NCBI GenBank assembly: GCA_048213135.1
Contig: PS015076.1
Location: forward strand, 63,264-102,294
Source: Reclinomonas americana ATCC 50394
Lineage: Eukaryota
Direction of reading: 5' to 3'
Length of the DNA stretch: 39,031 nt
Shown piece after piece: positions 33,621 to 39,031 of the stretch. The translations under genes were made by a program, and so were the position numbers. Under the pieces are notes generated by a model, which had not been told where the DNA came from, searched no databases, and was given only the letters and a program-made list of their open reading frames with translations. Numbering within the stretch: position 1 is the stretch's first letter; every line of letters starts with the position of its first letter.

Positions 33621-36600
33621 CTATCTTTTTGTGCCCGATCTCGACGACGGAGCATCGGTGCCACTCTCTTTCCGGGAGCGCAAGCCCGACGCCCGAAATC
33701 TCTGGTCGTTCTTCGTCTCCAGCGTGTACGTCGTCAGAAGATCGTGGATTTGCGAGGCTGCGAGAGTGATGTTGATGAGAAGAAGATGAAGATGAAGAAG
33801 AAACACTCCCACACGCAACTGGTGTGACGCGACGATGCCGACGAGTACGCCGTGGTACCGCTAGAGGCATCGGTGTTGTCAACACGATCGTCTCCCGGTT
33901 CCACGGCCGATGCACGACGCGCCGCCGGTGTATGCTGCGCCGGCTGCGACTGTTGCTGCTGCAGCTGCAAATATTGTTGTTGCTGATGCTGTCCGCTTGC
34001 GGGGGTGGCCGACGCCTGCTGCTCCTGCGCCGTGAGCGTCTGTTGCTGTCGCTCGAGAGACGGCGGTGGCGAGGCGTCGCCAGCTGTCGATGCGGATGCC
34101 GGACTTGGTGCAGGGGATGAATTCTCGGGCGACACAGAGGGGCGCCCTGGCCTCGCGCCGGCGGGCGTGGCGTGCACCATTCCCGCAGCGACCCCGGCGG
34201 CAGCAGCGGCCGCCGACAAACCGGCTGTTGTGGTCGACAAGACGGGGATCGGCTCGCCGCCGTGATTCGACCACGTGGCACTCGCCTTGTTCCGCTTGCG
34301 ACCAAACAGAGAAGCCTGTGCGGAGAGGTCAGACGAAAGAGAGGAGAGCGAGAGCAGAGAGGTTTCGGCGTGTGGGTAACGCACCGCGGCCTCCAGTGCG
34401 ACACCGCGCACATGATCTAGATCCGTGGACTGCTGCAAGTTGCCTGCATCTGCACCACCCTCTGACTGTCCCAGCAGGCGACCTGATTCAGGGGTGCAGC
34501 AGCAACACACTCGATCAGCAAGGAGTCCCACATGACATGCGCACGTAGAGTACGTAACCGCCATCTGTCGTGTCGCTGCGTCCCGAGTCTGTGGCGTGCG
34601 AGCGTGGCGTGACCAGCGACGCGCTTCCAGACAGCTCGGGATCATCCGCCATGTCTGCGCCACGCTCGTCGTCGGAGCCTCTATGCATGACAAAGAGAAT
34701 GAGACTGTGAGTGACACCAATCGCAACCAACTCTCGTCGACTGAAATGCGCACCGTCCACTATCGCCATCGCCGACGGCGGTGCCTTGCGCATTCTGCAG
34801 AGCGTCGCTGGGAAAATGCACGGCCATGTCGTACCGTTTGTGCATATCGCTGGCGCGCTCGCGAAGACCGGCTCGTGTGCGTTGCACGCGTGAGAGGAAC
34901 TTGTCGGAGAAGCGCGTCGAGCGGCCGACAATGCGGCACAGTTCGAGCAAGTAAATGAACTTGTAAATGATCCAACCCACCGCACCCAGTCCCCACGCCA
35001 AGGCTGCGTCAGCACGAATGAGCGGCGAAAGGTACTCGACAGACTCAGCAAAGCAATCCATCTCACCGGCCACCAAATACGACAAGAACAGCAGGACCCA
35101 CTCCAAGAAGCCGCGCCCGACACGGCTCTTCAGCACCGACACGTCCTGCTGCATGGCGTCCACCGAGTCCTTGTTGCCCATAATGTCACGCTCCAGTTGC
35201 TCCAGTCGGCGTGCCATGTGCTCGCTCTCCCGCCGCGTGTCGCTGACGTGTGTGTCGAGCTTGTCCATGAAAATGGTGTTGGCAAACAGCTCCTTGCGCA
35301 GCGGAGTCAGGTGCATCTGCACCTCGTCCTCGGTCAGCTTTGCCAGACGACTGTCGCGAGCCTACAGAGCAACAATGAGAGGAGGAAACAAGACTGCCAC
35401 CTTTGTGGAGAGACCACCTTTGTGGAGAGATACGCACCACAATATCGCGCTGCATCATGTCGTTTTGTGCCCGCAGCACCTCGTTCTGCTTCGTGAGCAT
35501 GTCGATTCGACTCTGCAACTGTTCGACCACGGACTCGAGTCGCTCGGTTGCCGTTCGACACTCCTCCAGCGCCGACACTCGCGCTCTCAACTGCGTCAGC
35601 TCGCGTTGCGCCAGCAGTGGCACAGGCAGCTGTAGGTTGGAAGCCGAGGCCGATGCCAATGGTGGTGGCATCACGGTGGCCGCCAAATCCAGCGCCGCTG
35701 CCGTGCTGTTGTTGGGCGTCGTCAACGACTCGGCGGCATTGGCAGCCGACGTCGGCGACGACATGTTGTTCATCGAGGCCACTCGGGGCACTGCGTGGTG
35801 CGAGGATGAGAAGCTGCTGATCAAAAATGGAAGAGGACAACCGACGCAACTGCGAAGCATCGACGCGTTGCGCTGCGCCGCGGAGGCATGCAAGCGCAAT
35901 TTCTGCGACATGACCTCCACAGTGGCCGTCACGCGAATCTGCGAACCGCCACCACGCACTTGCTTGCCGCTGCGCGTGAGCAGCGGGTACCATTTGGTCC
36001 GCGGATTGTCGACAAACATGTGCGGGTCGAGACGAATCTGACCGACGAGCGCCTCGTCGGCGCGCACGACGGCATTGTCGATCACCTTGATGAGCAGCTC
36101 GCTGGACATGGAGCTAATGGGCACCGTCATCTGGTAGTTCCACACCGGGGCACGCGTGTTGGCCACCACCGGCGAGAGGAAGCGGCGACCACCGGCCGAC
36201 ACCTCGCAGTACGCATCGACACCGACCTGATGGCGACCCTGCGGCAACTGTCGCGCCGCATGCAGCGTCAGCGTCCAATTGCCAATCGTCTCACTTGGCG
36301 GCGACTGCTTCGACGACGCCTGACTGTCGAGCGACCCGGGGCACGCCGGCGCACCGGTATCGGAGTGCGGCAACAGCAACTGGCCCGGCGATGGCGGCAC
36401 GCTGTTGGCTGGCGTGCCGGCAGGGGTGTTGGCGGCTGACGACGGAATCGAACGGGCCGAGGGGCCTGACAGGAAATTGCCGAGAACACCAGAGCTGCGC
36501 GCCGACGACGGCGGCTGCAGTTCCGTGTCGCTGCCGGCGCTGTTGACGCCACTGCCGCTGCCGCCGCCGGCCGAGATCCCGTCGACTCCGCCGCTGTCGC

Positions 36601-38476
36601 GGTTCGTGTGCACCGTCACCATGTCGGCCCATCGCGAGATCAAGCTGGTGCGCTCCTCCGACGTTGGCAATGCATCGCTTCCGTTACTCGCCCCCGACAG
36701 CTGCTGCACCGAGGAGCGCCGGTGCACAACACGACGCGAGCCGCCATTGGCCGACGATGAGGAGACCGAGTGGTGGTGATCGGCGGCGGCGGCGGTGTGT
36801 GACGAGTGCGGCACATGCAGGTGACCGCCCGACGACAAATCCTCCTCCGAGGTGGTGTTGTTGGTGCCGGCAAGTGATGCATCGTCGGCTTCGTGAGAAA
36901 TCGGCGACGGGAGGCGCGTGTCGCGTCGGTGCTGCGTGGCGATGCGATCGGCCAGCGTTCGTGAATCGTGTCGCGACTGCGAACAAAAGGATCAGGAGGA
37001 GGAAGTAAAAGGGGAAGGCGGGGAGGAGGGTGATTGTTATAAAACCTTGGAGGCCACCAGTTCGGCCGACAGCGGCGACTGGAGCGGCGACTGCAGGCGG
37101 GTCGACGGCTGTGGAGGAGGTGGCTGACGATCGGGCACGGGTCGAAAGGCGCCGCTGGCCCTCTGTCGCTGCCGATCGGCGGCGGCCACAGCTGCTGCGG
37201 CCGCAATGGCCGCCGCATCGTACCGCCTCTTGCGCTCGGCCGCCGCCGCCGCCACCTCGCGCTGCTGTTGTACGCGAATGGCGTGCAGCGATAATTCGGG
37301 GTGTGAGGCGGCGGCGAGTCTCGCTTGCTGCGACTCCGAGATGGCCGAGGTGACGGAGGGGGGTAGGGCGGTGGCGTTGGACGAACGGCCTTGCGAGCGG
37401 GCGGCCACCCTGTAAAAGGAGAAGGGGAAAAGGGGGAAAGGATGGGAGACGAAAGGGATGGGAGGGGGGAAAGGGGGGAAGGATGGGAGAGGAAAGGGAT
37501 GGGAGGGGGAAGGATACGAGGGGGAAGGGATAAGAGGGGAAAGGGATAAGAGGGGAAAGGGATAAGAGGGGAAAGGGATGAGAGGGGGAAGGGATGAGAG
37601 GGGGAGGGGAAGGAGAAGAGGGAGAGGAGGAGAGGCAAAGCGTGTGAGAGAGATGATGCGGAGGTGGACGAGAATGGATGGAAAGAGCGGGGAATAAGAA
37701 TACGAGCAAACAGAAATGACCAGAAAGGGGTAAAAGAGTGGGAGGGGGAAGGGGCGAGGACGGAATGGCAGACTGAATAGGAAATGGGTAAGGGGTGAGA
37801 CGGAGTGGGTGAATAGGAAGAAAGTGAGAATAGTGTGAAACACGCGGAGAGGGCTGGAAGTGAAAGAAAAAAGGAGGGAGGTGGGAAAACAGAGATGAGT
37901 GGATAGAGGGCAGTGGGAGAGAGTTGAGGGCGATGAAAGAAAAGGAGAAGAGGCGGGGCGACAAAGAGAGAGGAGTGAATGGAAGGCAGCGGGAACAAGG
38001 GCGGGAGCAAACAGGAATGATGAGAAAGAGAGAGAAGGGATTGGGGAGTGAAGGAGCGAGATTGGAGAGAAGGAGAGAGATGGACAGAGAAGCAGGCGTA
38101 AGGACTCGAAAAAAACAAGAGATAAAGTAAGCAAGCGCGCAAGAGTGGGAGAAGACAGACCGGCAGCGGGAGCATGAGGAGAAAGAGAGGAACAGAAACG
38201 AAAACAACAATGACCACGTGTTACCAACTCACCGCTCCATGTGCTGCTTAAACTCCATGGCCGCCGAGCTTCGTGGATCCACAGGCGTCTCCGGTGCCTC
38301 TCGCTCGTATTCCCCACTCAGCAGCAAGCCGCCAGCCGCAGCCGCGGACACCGTCAAGCCATGTGGCGGTCCCGACGACGACAACGCCGACAAGGTCGGC
38401 GATGCTCCACCGGAACCCGTCGATGACACGTGCGATCGTGCGTATCCTTCGCCGTCCAGAGGAACGAGGGCGCCAG
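33621..38476 (-). CDS. Large multi-exon protein: disordered N-terminus, C2 domain, coiled coil, hydrophobic (TM) segment, disordered tail; 5' end likely beyond the window
   Basis: C2: WTLTLHAARQLP...DAYCEV...SPVVANTRAPVWN...LLIKVID...LVGQIRL...KWYPL. Coiled coil: ELTQLRARVSALEE...LQSRIDMLTKQNEVLR. Hydrophobic segment: FLEWVLLFLSYLVA|ALAWGLGAVGWIIYKFIYLL. Nine GT-AG introns are in phase. Confidence 0.85.
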
Positions 38477-39031
38477 CTGGGTGGGTGAAGGGGAAGGGTG
38501 AGGGAGGGAGAAGGGTAAGGGAGAAGGGTGAAGAGAAGAGAGAAAAGGAGAGAAAAGGAGAGAAGGACGAGAAAGAGAAAAGAGATGACATGTGTTCCGG
38601 TTTGTCAAATGAATGGGCGACAGGAGAGTGAGGGAGGGGAGTGGGAGAAGAGAGGAGGACATAAGCAGGGGAGGAGAGGCAACGAGAGAGAGGAGAGCAC
38701 AAGAAGAGATGATGACATGTGTTCCGGTTTCTCAAGTGAATGGGCGACAGGAGAGAGAGAGAGGAGGGCGGGTGTAGGAGAAGAGAGGAGGAGAAGCAGG
38801 AGAGGTGAGTGAGCGAATGCGGAAGAGACATGGGAGAAGAGAAGGACGAGAAGAGAGGTGACAAGCGAATCGGTTTCTCAAATGAATGAGCGAATGCGAG
38901 AGAGAGAGAGAGAGAGAGAGGAGGGAAGGAAGGAGGAGGACGCGAGGTGGGTACGGGTAGCGACGAAGGAGGAGGTAGAACGTAAACGGTAGGTAAGGAC
39001 GGAAGGACGGACCTACGTCGGGACCGGGAAC

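Noticed and set aside
1-39031. Alternative genetic code or stop-codon readthrough
   Set aside because: In the well-resolved gene models, apparent in-frame stops fall inside GT-AG introns, and TAA, TAG and TGA are all used as terminators.

Overview
Gapped (N-rich) draft sequence from a GC-rich, intron-rich, gene-dense eukaryote, probably a protist; there are no prokaryotic features. Splicing the exons by hand gives about 13 genes. In order: a partial papain-fold-like protein, a 56-aa myristoylation-motif microprotein missed by the ORF track, three tandem WD40 genes, a COG0523/CobW-family GTPase, an HGSNAT-like acetyltransferase, two convergent paralogous helical+START proteins, a kinase C-lobe-only gene, a PH-GST fusion, PTPDC1, and a C2/coiled-coil/TM protein. 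The strongest signal is in the splice donors. About 18 of roughly 70 hand-assigned introns start with GTTG(A/C/T)G, a one-base-shifted version of the usual GTG(A/C/T)G donor, and all 18 follow a non-G exon base. This suggests a second, abundant 5' splice-site class. All gene models are manual and have no transcript support.
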